Virus record (IMG/VR): IMGVR_UViG_3300007988_000724
Coordinates: 1 to 35,735 of that record
From: a virus
Taxonomy: Duplodnaviria; Caudoviricetes
Reading direction: 5' to 3' (one strand)
Length of the DNA stretch: 35,735 bases
Within the stretch, counting starts at the first letter, position 1. Each line of letters starts with the position of its first letter. Shown here one piece after another: positions 9,696 through 18,560 of this stretch. The translations under genes were made by a program, and so were the position numbers. The notes below the pieces were generated by a model that made no database searches, was not told the origin of the DNA, and saw nothing but the letters and a program-made list of their open reading frames with translations.

Positions 9696-10657
9696 TGAAC
9701 AGCATTTATTTTGCAAATAATGCTTCAGATTATAAAATAATGACATGGGTATTAGGTAATGTGTGTAATTACGCTTGTACCTATTGTCCCGAAGACTTGC
9801 ATGCCGGCAACCATCGTTTTCCTTCATTAGAAACAGCAACTGATATTTTTTTTAAATTTAGGGGAGGCGAAAATCAAAAAGTTTATTATGAAATAGTTGG
9901 GGGAGAACCCACACTTTGGCCCAAACTGCAAGAATATATTAATATTATTTCAAATGATAACACGTTTATAGAAGTTAATTCCAATGGCAGCAGAACCAAA
10001 AGATATTGGGATAATTTTAAATCCAATGTTGATTTTTTCTATCTAAGTTTTCATCCCGAAAATGCCGATGAAGATAAATTCATAGAAACAATAGAATCGT
10101 TGCATGAAAGATATAGAACGCACGTAACCATATTATTAATGCCCGCCTATTGGGATAAATGCAAAAGATTTTTTAATAAAATATTTTACGATAGAACAGA
10201 TTTAAAAATAAATGTTACTTTCACCTTGGTTAGGCCAAACTTTAATGGTGATCCTGAACCATATACCGATGAAATGACAGAATATTTTAATATGAAAAAG
10301 AAAAATAGAGCAATACCGTTGGTTAAAAATATACCACATATGTTGACCCATAATGGCAATTTAGTTAACTGGCGCAAGTTTCAATTAAACAAATACAATA
10401 ATTTTAAAGGTATGCATTGTAACGCTCCAAAAGAACGGTTATACATACACGTAAATGGAGATATTTACCACGCGGCGTGTATGGAGCGTGGTTCAATTGG
10501 CAATATCTATACCGGAAAATACGACTTATCTAACATTAACCCAATTCTTTGTTCTAAAGAACGATGCGGATGTAAATTTGATGCGTTGTCTTCCAAAAAT
10601 GGAAATTATTTATTTAAAAGTATCGATATCTCGGACACCTATGATAAAAATAATTAA
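9695..10657 (+). CDS. Radical SAM protein with C-terminal Cys-rich domain
   Basis: CNYACTYC, GGEPT, SNG, LSFH; C-terminal HCNA...ACM...CSKERCGC. Start 9695 (GGAGG RBS, TAATG coupling). Confidence 0.92.
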   Translation: MNSIYFANNASDYKIMTWVLGNVCNYACTYCPEDLHAGNHRFPSLETATDIFFKFRGGENQKVYYEIVGGEPTLWPKLQEYINIISNDNTFIEVNSNGSRTKRYWDNFKSNVDFFYLSFHPENADEDKFIETIESLHERYRTHVTILLMPAYWDKCKRFFNKIFYDRTDLKINVTFTLVRPNFNGDPEPYTDEMTEYFNMKKKNRAIPLVKNIPHMLTHNGNLVNWRKFQLNKYNNFKGMHCNAPKERLYIHVNGDIYHAACMERGSIGNIYTGKYDLSNINPILCSKERCGCKFDALSSKNGNYLFKSIDISDTYDKNN

Positions 10658-11506
10658 TTATTTATCAGATAGATATCGTAATAGAGGTCTGATACCAACC
10701 GGTCTACCTTCTGTAGTTGTGGCTAAATGGATTGATTTGGTTGGTTTAAGATTAAAGTCGTTGCATATTTTATTATATGCCTCTTCATATTTAATCCAAA
10801 AATAATCAAGTGGCAATTTATTTAAGAAATGTAGTCCGGTATGCACCAATCCTTGACAATTCATATTGAAATCATTCATTATTGTAACACTTCCGGTTGG
10901 TCTTATTCTGCTATATCGTAAACCAATTCTGTTACCACCCAACCCCAATCCCTTTGATAAACTTATTCCTATTGTTTGAATAGCAGGATGAGAAAAATCA
11001 AAAACTATATCCTTTGAACATGTAATCCAAGCGCCATCGATATGTACAGGAATATTAAGTTCCAAACATCTATCAAGAATTAATGACATATCAGGATGAA
11101 TATCGCCATAATATGGAAAGGGCATAGCAATTAATAACTCCTTGCTTGAATCCAAAGTATCAACATTATAATATTGTATAGCAGTATTTAATCTTTCATG
11201 ATACTTATAGTCATTTTCTAGAACCATTAAATTGCTATTTAACCTAATATATAAATCATCAATATATTGAGTACATCCTATTATTACATCATGAAACTTA
11301 AATTCATCTAATCCGGTAAATTGATTGATTTTAAAATTATTCATTTTATTGATAAATATTGTTTTAAAATCATTTACTAAATTATGATTTTCTGCAGGAC
11401 TATTATGATAAACTTCTTTTAAAAGTCTGTTAATAGTTTTATCATACATGGGCTGTGGCCGTGTATATTGCAACCAGTTAGTATCATATTCCGTTGCTGT
11501 AGTCAT
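10658..11506 (-). CDS. PLP-dependent fold-type I enzyme (aminotransferase-like)
   Basis: VHIDGAW (PLP-binding Asp) and SLSKGLGLGGNRIG (Schiff-base Lys, SxSK...RxG). Opposite strand to the rest of the cluster. Confidence 0.75.
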   Translation of the reverse strand: MTTATEYDTNWLQYTRPQPMYDKTINRLLKEVYHNSPAENHNLVNDFKTIFINKMNNFKINQFTGLDEFKFHDVIIGCTQYIDDLYIRLNSNLMVLENDYKYHERLNTAIQYYNVDTLDSSKELLIAMPFPYYGDIHPDMSLILDRCLELNIPVHIDGAWITCSKDIVFDFSHPAIQTIGISLSKGLGLGGNRIGLRYSRIRPTGSVTIMNDFNMNCQGLVHTGLHFLNKLPLDYFWIKYEEAYNKICNDFNLKPTKSIHLATTTEGRPVGIRPLLRYLSDK

Positions 11507-11568
11507 ATATCTTTCATTTCCTTCATAAAATAAATATCTTTCATTTCCTTCATAAAATAAATATCTTT
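11507..11568. repeat. 27-bp perfect tandem duplication (2.3 copies)
   Basis: ATATCTTTCATTTCCTTCATAAAATAA at 11507-11533 and 11534-11560, plus ATATCTTT at 11561-11568. Confidence 0.95.
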
Positions 11569-11599
11569 ACTTTTTGATAAATTAATAATAGTATTATGT

Positions 11600-12784
11600 A
11601 TGAATAATAATAATAAATCAATATGCATACTTCCGTGGATTGCTTTTAATACTACCCCACAAGGCAAAGCTAGACCCTGCGGATATTCTTCTATGAAAAG
11701 CGATATTAGAATATCAAATTCCACTATTGAAAAAGAATTTAATAATAGTTTATTCAAAGAAATACGAAAAGCATTTTTGGCTGGAAAATGGCATCCGAAT
11801 TGTATAAGATGTAAAAAAATGTCAGAAGCAGGAGTAACATCTAAGTTAGATGAAGAAAATTTAATGCACTATGCTGATAATGAATATTTACTAGGCCAGA
11901 CTAATACCGACGGTAGTATCAATCATTATCCCAAAAATATAGATATAAGATTAGGGACCGTATGTAATTTAAAGTGTATCCATTGCGGCGTGGGGAACAG
12001 TTCAAAGTGGCTAGAGGATACACCATTAATAAACAAATATGAAAACTTAAAATCGTTTAAAATAGATAATTCATGGGTAGATAGGCCAAACGGCATGTGG
12101 GTTGACTTAGAGAAAAATATACCACAGATTAAACGTTTTAATTGGCTGGGCGGAGAACCTTTTGCTTCCAAACAGCACAACAGGTTTATGAAAACAATAC
12201 CGGACGAACATGCTAAAAATATTTCGTTACAATATGTTACTAATGGGTTATTAATTACTAAACAAATTTTAGAATCATTGGGCAGATTTAAACATGTGTC
12301 AATAAATGTAAGCATCGACGTAATAAAAGAAAAAGCAGAATATTTTAGATACCCACTTAAATGGGCGATTTTTATTGAAAAATTAAAATTAATAAGCGAT
12401 TATGCTAAAACTCGTCCGCCGTATACTTTTATGATTAAATTCCAATGGACTGCTTCAAATATTTCTATGTTATATTTTGATGAAACCTATGATTTTTGCA
12501 TTTCTAAATATCCTGAATTTGAATTTACATTATGCAATTATGTAGATTATCCTGCGCACATGTCTCCGCAATGTATGCCTATAAAAATAAAAGAATCTTT
12601 ATCAAAAAAATTGTATAATTATGATAAAGATTCTAAAATAAATTTTTATATTTCTTATATGAATGAACAAAATACTTGGGCTACTCATAAAAATATATTT
12701 GATAATTATTTTATTGATTTGAATTTAATACGTAGCACAACACATACCTTTGAAATTGAAAATTGGTCCAATTTTAATGAATAA
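11600..12784 (+). CDS. Radical SAM protein with N-terminal twitch-like domain
   Basis: ICILPW...PCG...NCIRC; CNLKCIHC, LGGEP, TNG, SID, YFRYP. Confidence 0.92.
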   Translation: MNNNNKSICILPWIAFNTTPQGKARPCGYSSMKSDIRISNSTIEKEFNNSLFKEIRKAFLAGKWHPNCIRCKKMSEAGVTSKLDEENLMHYADNEYLLGQTNTDGSINHYPKNIDIRLGTVCNLKCIHCGVGNSSKWLEDTPLINKYENLKSFKIDNSWVDRPNGMWVDLEKNIPQIKRFNWLGGEPFASKQHNRFMKTIPDEHAKNISLQYVTNGLLITKQILESLGRFKHVSINVSIDVIKEKAEYFRYPLKWAIFIEKLKLISDYAKTRPPYTFMIKFQWTASNISMLYFDETYDFCISKYPEFEFTLCNYVDYPAHMSPQCMPIKIKESLSKKLYNYDKDSKINFYISYMNEQNTWATHKNIFDNYFIDLNLIRSTTHTFEIENWSNFNE

Positions 12785-13967
12785 CATAAAAGATAGTATA
12801 ATATCCAATCAGAAAAAACCGTTGTGTTATGCCCCGTTTTATGCCATATGTATAAAAGGCGATAAGTTTAAACCATGCTGTGTGTATGATGGGTATTTTG
12901 ATATCACTACAGATGATTTTTGGAATAACCCAGCAATGCAGGAAATACGAACCAAATTACTTTCTAATAATTTTCCAAAAGGATGTGACGGCTGTAAAAT
13001 GAATTATCTAAATAATATTGAAACAGATTTAAATTATTATAATTCCTTTATAGAAACACAACAGATAGATATAGAATTTAATGTTGAAACCGGCAATCAA
13101 GACGGATCGCCAATAGAATTAGATTTTAGGCCATCAAATTTATGTAATTTACAATGCAGAATGTGTGATTTTACTAATTCAAGTTTGATAGCAAATGAAA
13201 TAAATGAAAATGTTAAATTACAAGAATTTTTAAAGATTAAGACTAAATTTTTAAAAACTAAAGGTGTTTCGTCTTCTTCTGAATTCGTGTTTGAATGGTT
13301 AAAAGATAAAAATTTTAAAAAGATTAAAGTTTTAGGCGGTGAACCAACAATAGAAAAATCAACGTTAAATTTGTTACAAACTATTAATTCTAAACCCATT
13401 GTTGAGATGACCACAAACTTGGCTGTTATCACTAAACAATTTAAAAAAACATTAAAAAATATAGATATGTTAAATTTGCGAATTAGCATAGATGCAATAG
13501 ATGAACATTATAATTATATAAGAACAAATGGTAATTGGCATAAATTGCAAAAAAATTTAAATTATATTACCTCCGTTAATAACGTTAAAATAACAGGATT
13601 TAATGTAGTATTGATGCCATATAATATTTTTAATCTTACAGATACTTTAATATACCTATATAATTTTTTAAAAAACAATAACATATGTGATTACTCTATT
13701 TCTTTATTTCCATCAACAGATGATGCTGTGAAGGTTTCGGCAATACTTCCCGAGGATCGAGCATATTTGTTAAATAGTTTATTAATTAATAGTAAATTAA
13801 TTGGCAACGAATACGCAATAGTGGAAAATATTTTTAAAAATATACCGTTTAATGAATTTGATAAGAATAAATTTATCAAATATTCTAAAATATTAGACAG
13901 CATACGGAAAACAAACCTTACTAATCTCAATTCCGGTTTTGAAAAATATTATAACCAAATAAACTAA
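12777..13967 (+). CDS. Radical SAM protein with N-terminal twitch-like domain
   Basis: LCYAPF...PCC...GCDGC; CNLQCRMC, LGGEP, SIDA, YIR. ATG at 12777 preferred over the track start 12750. Confidence 0.92.
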   Translation: MNNIKDSIISNQKKPLCYAPFYAICIKGDKFKPCCVYDGYFDITTDDFWNNPAMQEIRTKLLSNNFPKGCDGCKMNYLNNIETDLNYYNSFIETQQIDIEFNVETGNQDGSPIELDFRPSNLCNLQCRMCDFTNSSLIANEINENVKLQEFLKIKTKFLKTKGVSSSSEFVFEWLKDKNFKKIKVLGGEPTIEKSTLNLLQTINSKPIVEMTTNLAVITKQFKKTLKNIDMLNLRISIDAIDEHYNYIRTNGNWHKLQKNLNYITSVNNVKITGFNVVLMPYNIFNLTDTLIYLYNFLKNNNICDYSISLFPSTDDAVKVSAILPEDRAYLLNSLLINSKLIGNEYAIVENIFKNIPFNEFDKNKFIKYSKILDSIRKTNLTNLNSGFEKYYNQIN

Positions 13968-14071
13968 AAAATAATATTGTAAATGTAAAAATATTGAATT
14001 TACGATACTAACCAATAATTGGATAATATATAATTTTAATATATGTATCAACTTTATTTGAGGAATATAAT

Positions 14072-15205
14072 ATGCAGAATGATTTAAAATGGTCAAACTA
14101 TGATTTTTCCAAAATACCTTTCGACCGGATAGTTAAAGTTGGCCAAAGATCACTTTTATATCGTGATATATTTACAGTGTCATGGTTGTTGGGAAGATTT
14201 TGCAATTATAATTGTTCATACTGCTGGCCCTACGCAAGATCAGATACTAAAGATTTTAGACCAACCAAATTAATAACATCAACAATGGACGAAATAAAAC
14301 GTCAAGCAAGAGATAACGGGTTTAATTCATTTCATATTTCTTTTTCGGGAGGGGAACCCACATTACATCCTGGCTATTTGGATATAATAAAGCATTATTC
14401 AGATGATGAATATTCAAATTTTCAATCAATTCATATGACAAGCAATATATCAAATGGATTTAAATGGTTTGAAAAATACATCAATGCTACTAAAAATCTG
14501 CATCGTGTTTCAATAACTGCAAGTTGGCATAGAGAACAGGGCATCAAACAGGGAAATTTAGAAAAGCATCGAATCTTATTTGCTGACAAATTGTGTTTTC
14601 TTCAAGAACATGATATACATGTAACTATTAATATGGTTATGGTTCCCGAATGGTTTGAAATTCTTTGGGAGGAAGCATTATATTTTCATGAACGCGGGAT
14701 AAATGTTACCCTTAAGCCACAGTCGGATCCCACGGCCAGCCGAATAGTTGATGGGTATTCAAAAGATATGTTAGAACGTCTGTATAACGGAATGCCGCAA
14801 CGAGATTACACTAGCGCAAAAACAAAAACAACAAGAAACAGTCCAAAAATATCATTAAAATCAATGGCTATTTCACGTGGTGATACAGAAAGTGTACCAG
14901 CAATAATGCAAGTAGAATTTGAAGATAATCAAGGCAAAAAATGGTATATGGATCAAGCAGAACGGTTTAATGCTTTTAATTTTAATAAATTCAAGGGATG
15001 GAAGTGTAATGCAGGTTATCAAGGTATTATCATACGAGAACCAGATGGTGCTATTAAAAGATCATATTCTTGTTGGGACACCCCGATAGGAAACATCGAA
15101 ACCGGATTCAAATTATTTAAAGGACCTCGCGAATGTATCACCCCGTCGTGCGTATCATCCGCCGACAGTAAAATACCCAAATATAAAAAGGGCACCAATG
15201 TTTAG
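14072..15205 (+). CDS. Radical SAM protein with C-terminal Cys-rich domain
   Basis: CNYNCSYC, SGGEPT, TSN, ASWH; C-terminal KCNAG...SC...CITPSC; GAGGA RBS. Paralogous to 9695..10657 (shared FKGxxCNA segment). Confidence 0.93.
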   Translation: MQNDLKWSNYDFSKIPFDRIVKVGQRSLLYRDIFTVSWLLGRFCNYNCSYCWPYARSDTKDFRPTKLITSTMDEIKRQARDNGFNSFHISFSGGEPTLHPGYLDIIKHYSDDEYSNFQSIHMTSNISNGFKWFEKYINATKNLHRVSITASWHREQGIKQGNLEKHRILFADKLCFLQEHDIHVTINMVMVPEWFEILWEEALYFHERGINVTLKPQSDPTASRIVDGYSKDMLERLYNGMPQRDYTSAKTKTTRNSPKISLKSMAISRGDTESVPAIMQVEFEDNQGKKWYMDQAERFNAFNFNKFKGWKCNAGYQGIIIREPDGAIKRSYSCWDTPIGNIETGFKLFKGPRECITPSCVSSADSKIPKYKKGTNV

Positions 15206-15848
15206 TAGAAATGATTTGGTAAATGCCACAATAGATAGCCAACATTGCCAACGCAATTGGAATATTACTAAAGAAATACCAGAAGAAGATATTTTATTTT
15301 TTACAAAAATACTTTCTTCCAGCCCTTTGAAACAAAATATAAATTATTTTGATATCAATATCATAAGATCAAGAACTACAATAGACCAAATATATAAAGT
15401 AACCAATTTTGTTCCGGATGGCCAATCCAAACAAAAATATGCATTAAATCCCCAACATTTGCCAATTTAATAGTAATTTTATCTTTTAATAAAGAAATAT
15501 TTACCAATGAATCTTTTAAAGATATAAATTTTTATATTAAAAATTATGTAGAAAATTTAGAATCTAATAAAGATTTTATTGAAGAATTTAAACATCATTT
15601 TATAATATCGTCAAGTATGGCATTGGGCCAGTTAAGTTTGAATGCAAATATATTGGGATATAGGTCCGGATTTTGTTCGTGTTATAACCGCACCAAAATA
15701 CAGAAAATTCTAAATACGCAAAACTGCATTATTCTCGCCCATTTTGGGCATAGGATATCCTGGATCATTTGAAAGAAACAGAGATCATTTTTCTAAAAAA
15801 GATTTTAAGTTATATGAACGAATATTACCCACAATAAATTATAAATAA
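15198..15848 (+). pseudogene. Nitroreductase-family gene broken by two compensating frameshifts
   Basis: First frame: SQHCQRNWN..EIPEED...SPLKQN...NPQ. After a -1 shift near 15454: TFANLIVI...SMALGQLSLNANILGYRSGFCSC. After a +1 shift near 15722: ILGIGYP...YK* (15848). The pieces join into a ~216-aa nitroreductase-like protein. Confidence 0.75.
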
Positions 15849-15875
15849 TTCATTTTAAAATATAAAAATTATTAT

Positions 15876-16316
15876 TTAAAATATTAAATTTAGAACATCA
15901 ACAAATGGCACTTCGACTTCCTTATGAATAATAAAATCTATAAAATTATTATTTCGTAAAAATTCATTAGCTTCTTTATCGTAAAACGGGGCATTGCCGC
16001 CACGACTATTATTATAGCGGTAGGATTTAATAATTTAATATGTTTGAGAAGTTTAAGGGTTCGGTTCAAATTCCATATAATATATATTATATATTATATG
16101 TATATAATGTTGCGCCGGCTATATGAATTTTTTCTCTTGGTACGAAATACAAAACACTTTTATTATGTGTATGAAAAATATAAGGTAAAAAATTAAAATT
16201 ATTATAATTTTAATTTTGGCGTATTCCTCTAATAAAGCAAGAGTCATTGGCGACGCCGTCATCCAAGAACTTGAAATACTAATTAATTGTATATTGTGTG
16301 TTATAATGCGGGTCAT
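15876..16316 (-). pseudogene. Decayed cobalamin(B12)-binding domain, as at the N-terminus of class B radical SAM enzymes
   Basis: Stitched across frameshifts: SPMTLALLEEYAK / NFNFLPYIF...IHIAGATLY / WNLNRTLKLLKHIKLLNPTAIIIV / GGNAPFYDKEANEFLRNNNFIDFIIHKEVEVPF. This matches the pattern G.S.Y.WN..T......IK..NP...I.GG..P.....FL.....ID.....EGE..F. Confidence 0.7.
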
Positions 16317-16348
16317 AATATTCCGTATAGTTGTATGAATACGCCTCG

Positions 16349-16903
16349 TTAATAAGTCCAATGCTCATTTGATCTAGCTTCATATAAATCAGTTGCACCC
16401 AATTCTACGCTACTGCCTTTGCCGCTTTTCTTAAAAGTTTTACCGGCAGGTCTTCCGCTTATGGTACAATTTGCTTTTAGTTTTTTGACTTTATCAGCCA
16501 TGGCCAATAGCATACCCGTCACATAAAACGGTTCACCCCGCCAATCCATATCAAGTCCCGTAGCTAAGACATTAGTACCATTCGTTAAAAGGCTGGCTAC
16601 TATTTTAATTAAATTGCGGTCAAAATGCGGGTCTGTGAAAAATTGAATTTCGTCAAAGACTACCAAATCCCATTCTTCTTCTAATTCAACCCAAGTAGTA
16701 ATAGAATCAGCCACAGTTTTCAATCCATCATGGCTGACTATTTCCGTTTCAGAATAGCGGTTGTCAAAGGCAGGTTTGAATACTTTGACATTTTGATTCA
16801 ACCCATTTCTGGCCCATAAAACTCTTTTTAATAATTCGGTAGTTTTTCCGGCAAACATAGGACCGCAAACTACTTCTAATGTTCCGTAAGGTTTTTTATT
16901 CAT
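16349..16903 (-). CDS. tk: Thymidine kinase
   Basis: GPMFAGKTTEL P-loop, FKPAFDNRYS, VFDEIQF, GLDMDWRGEPF, YEAR. Confidence 0.95.
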   Translation of the reverse strand: MNKKPYGTLEVVCGPMFAGKTTELLKRVLWARNGLNQNVKVFKPAFDNRYSETEIVSHDGLKTVADSITTWVELEEEWDLVVFDEIQFFTDPHFDRNLIKIVASLLTNGTNVLATGLDMDWRGEPFYVTGMLLAMADKVKKLKANCTISGRPAGKTFKKSGKGSSVELGATDLYEARSNEHWTY

Positions 16904-17301
16904 TTATCTTTCATCCGCATATATAACATTATTTCATTCCATTTTTCTTTAAGATATTCGTCTTGATTTATGCTTTTTTTTAGAGTGCGTAAATGATTGG
17001 CATGATCTATGAAAAACATCAACGGATATATATTTGTATCATACAAGTTATTAATACCCTCTTTTAACCACATAATATCTTTAAGTATTTTATTAAAATC
17101 TTTTGTATATTGGCCATTGCGAGACATGGTAACCGCTAAAGTAATTGCTTTTTGTGCTTCTGTTAATTCTGTATAAATAGAACCAAGTTTATTATTGTAT
17201 TGAATAATTTTATCATTAATATCAAGTAAGTCAACCAACACCTTATCTTCATCAGGAACGCCATTTGTTAAATATTTTTGATCATTTGGCCTATATTTCA
17301 T
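16900..17301 (-). CDS. Hypothetical protein (helical/coiled-coil)
   Basis: 133-aa ORF with ATGA coupling to tk. Confidence 0.7.
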   Translation of the reverse strand: MKYRPNDQKYLTNGVPDEDKVLVDLLDINDKIIQYNNKLGSIYTELTEAQKAITLAVTMSRNGQYTKDFNKILKDIMWLKEGINNLYDTNIYPLMFFIDHANHLRTLKKSINQDEYLKEKWNEIMLYMRMKDK

Positions 17302-17305
17302 TCTG

Positions 17306-17575
17306 TTAATCTCTTAATTGATTTTGCTCAGACATTCTTTCAGAGTTTTCCAAGGCGGCGAGTATTACGGCCGCCGCCTTGATTAAATCATTTTCAAAAT
17401 CCTGCTTAGTGGATTTAATATTTTTAGTAGATGCAGGACTAAATAGGTACCTACCAGCTATTGCTAACCAATCGTTTGGAGTACGAGAAATATCAAATTC
17501 ACTTCCTGGCAGATCAAATTGTCTTAGTCGCTCTTGTGTTATTTTTTCTAACAGTTGTTGGCGCTTTGGGTTCAC
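17306..17575 (-). CDS. Hypothetical protein, weak resemblance to the all-alpha MazG-like fold
   Basis: GTG start with GAGGT RBS; ERLRQ...NDW...DLIKAAAVILAALE. Overlaps the upstream gene by 62 nt. Confidence 0.65.
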   Translation of the reverse strand: MNPKRQQLLEKITQERLRQFDLPGSEFDISRTPNDWLAIAGRYLFSPASTKNIKSTKQDFENDLIKAAAVILAALENSERMSEQNQLRD

Positions 17576-18191
17576 CTTTTACCTCTTTTTTATTGTTTGG
17601 TTTTACAGTATCTACTACGGGTCGTAAGTTGGGCGCCAATAAGTAAGCTTTTTCTCTCATCGCTGTTGCATCGGCATCCAATAAAGAAGCTTGAACCAAC
17701 AAGTTAGTTGCTGCTACCATTTTTTCATCTTCGGTTTGATTACTCATTTCAGCTTTAACTGATTCTTGTATTAATTCAACCGGATTCGGAACTTCTTTTG
17801 TAATAATACCTGCTTCTTCGTCGGCTGTTTTTTCAAGTTGCCCCATGGCTTCAAGCATGTCTTTTAGGTTGATTTTAACATTGGGCCTTGGAAAAAGAGT
17901 AATATTTTCAACAGGCTGAGCCTGTAAATACCCATAGGTATGTAGCTCTTCTAAGACAGTTCGGCCAGTGTCGGGCATCATTCTTCTGCCCAAAATTTCA
18001 CCAAAATGTTTTAGCTGTTGTGCTTCTGATGATCTCAATAAACTCATTAACGGATCATGGATTCGTTCAGGCAATGCTTCGGTATCAACAACCAATGCAT
18101 GAGTTTCCTTGTTTGGAACTTGCAAAAATGCAATTACGCATCTTTTGCCAGTATTATTGATCATGCCAACATGTTTAATAATTTCACTCAT
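17514..18191 (-). CDS. Hypothetical phage protein
   Basis: 225-aa ORF, AAGGA RBS, low-complexity basic C-terminal tail. Confidence 0.8.
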   Translation of the reverse strand: MSEIIKHVGMINNTGKRCVIAFLQVPNKETHALVVDTEALPERIHDPLMSLLRSSEAQQLKHFGEILGRRMMPDTGRTVLEELHTYGYLQAQPVENITLFPRPNVKINLKDMLEAMGQLEKTADEEAGIITKEVPNPVELIQESVKAEMSNQTEDEKMVAATNLLVQASLLDADATAMREKAYLLAPNLRPVVDTVKPNNKKEVKGEPKAPTTVRKNNTRATKTI

Positions 18192-18200
18192 TGTTTTTCC

Positions 18201-18488
18201 TTATTTCTTTGCAGTTCTTTTCTTTGGTTTTTCTTCTTCATATGAAATTTCTAATTCGGACTCCGCAGGAGTCTCGGCTGATTGAGTCTCGGCTGATTGA
18301 TTAGCTTGTGCTTTTTGCTGTTCGGCAGATTCAGCAGCTTGTAAAAATACTGCTACTTTTTCACGGATTTCCATTACTTGACGAATAGTATCCCAGCCTT
18401 TGAATGCGCCCTGGGCTGCGGCATAGTCGATTACGTTAACTACATTTTTTAGATCGTTAAGATTCAAATTAATATTGGGTTGTTGCAT
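18201..18488 (-). CDS. Hypothetical phage protein
   Basis: 95 aa, AGGAG RBS, upstream TATAAATA; acidic/basic tail with a QSAET repeat. Confidence 0.8.
   Translation of the reverse strand: MQQPNINLNLNDLKNVVNVIDYAAAQGAFKGWDTIRQVMEIREKVAVFLQAAESAEQQKAQANQSAETQSAETPAESELEISYEEEKPKKRTAKK
18269..18300. repeat. 15-bp in-frame tandem duplication (QSAET x2)
   Basis: GAGTCTCGGCTGATT at 18269-18283 and 18284-18298. Confidence 0.9.
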
Positions 18489-18517
18489 ATTGAGCTCCTA
18501 CAAATTAAGTACAGTTA

Positions 18518-18525
18518 TATTTATA
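18518..18525 (-). promoter_or_regulatory. T4-type late promoter TATAAATA
   Basis: Exact octamer ~30 nt upstream of the 18488 start, followed by TAACT as in the box upstream of 28146. Confidence 0.6.
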
Positions 18526-18560
18526 TAAACTATATACTTAATATAAGTAGTAGCTCAATA

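Noticed and set aside
11507-11568. Possible mini-CRISPR
   Set aside because: Repeats are adjacent with no spacers, and no cas genes are present.
11503-11757. 84-aa minus ORF with a DIYFMKEMK repeat, considered as a RiPP precursor
   Set aside because: Mostly antisense to the 11600 radical SAM; the repeat is simply the 27-bp duplication.
9695-15205. 9695 or 14072 as QueE, MoaA or NrdG
   Set aside because: They lack the family signatures I would expect (QueE SIQGEG, MoaA C-terminal GG) and carry extra Cys-rich domains; left unassigned.
15840-15847. TATAAATA on the plus strand
   Set aside because: No downstream plus-strand gene; overlaps a stop codon; likely chance in AT-rich DNA.
16119-16361. 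80-aa hydrophobic ORF (membrane protein/holin?)
   Set aside because: Its hydrophobic tail is the out-of-frame reading of the B12-binding pseudogene.
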